From positions 77,171,402-77,235,401 of the forward strand of contig NC_090375.1 of assembly GCF_036365525.1 (NCBI RefSeq): DNA of 64,000 nt, in the 5' to 3' direction. Positions 63,700 to 64,000 of the stretch are shown one piece after another (position 1 is the first letter of the stretch; each line of letters begins with the position of its first letter). The DNA comes from Heterodontus francisci. Lineage: Eukaryota. The translations under genes were made by a program, and so were the position numbers. The notes below the pieces were generated by a model. The model did not search any database. It saw nothing but the letters and a program-made list of their open reading frames with translations, and had not been told where the DNA came from.

Positions 63700-63975
63700 A
63701 CATCTTTAAACCACCAGCATTTCACAATCTATTCACTCTGGTGTAAAGATTTGTTTTCTAAATTCCCTGCCTGTTGAATTCCTTGTGATTATTTTACATC
63801 TTTGAGTTCTTGTTATTATCCTGCCAGCCAGAGAAAACAATTATCAACTTTGCCAGAAATCCTTATGAGCATGTAGACCTTTATCAGGTCTCCCCATAAG
63901 CTTCTCAGTTCCGGTAAAAGAAAACTCAAACTTCTCTCATAACTGTAACTTCTCATTCTGGTCAGAATTAATCAG
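63700..63975 (-). mobile_element. Degraded CR1 3' fragment
   Basis: Reverse strand reads SYERSLSF...LMGRPDKGL-like and FTPE*IV-like remnants of YEERL...RGDLI...FTQRVV. Confidence 0.5.
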
Positions 63976-64000
63976 AAAATAGTGTGCAGCATGAGCCCAA

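Overview
Eukaryotic, TE-saturated genomic DNA, most likely from a cartilaginous fish (inferred from an HE1/V-SINE, a Deu-domain fragment and shark-type CR1, Penelope and Harbinger families). No host exon, rRNA, true tRNA or CRISPR array could be supported. Most of the window is nested transposon debris: many CR1 LINEs (one with an uninterrupted 625-aa RT ORF), L2 and RTE fragments, Penelope elements with minimal hammerhead motifs, Gmr1-like Gypsy LTRs with SCAN-like gag, two Harbinger transposons, an EnSpm/CACTA relic and MITEs. The most interesting object is a TSD-bounded 3-kb LINE (14036-17015) whose 5' end is a tRNA-derived head plus a SINE-body-like segment running directly into an APE-RT frame, with no ORF1. 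Other notable items are a 141-bp hammerhead-bearing Penelope-terminus insertion with a perfect 14-bp TSD, two inverted CR1 copies sharing a premature stop, apparent antisense CR1-in-CR1 nesting, and templated-insertion repair scars. Family names are from motif recognition by eye, not database searches. Boundaries without TSDs are approximate.
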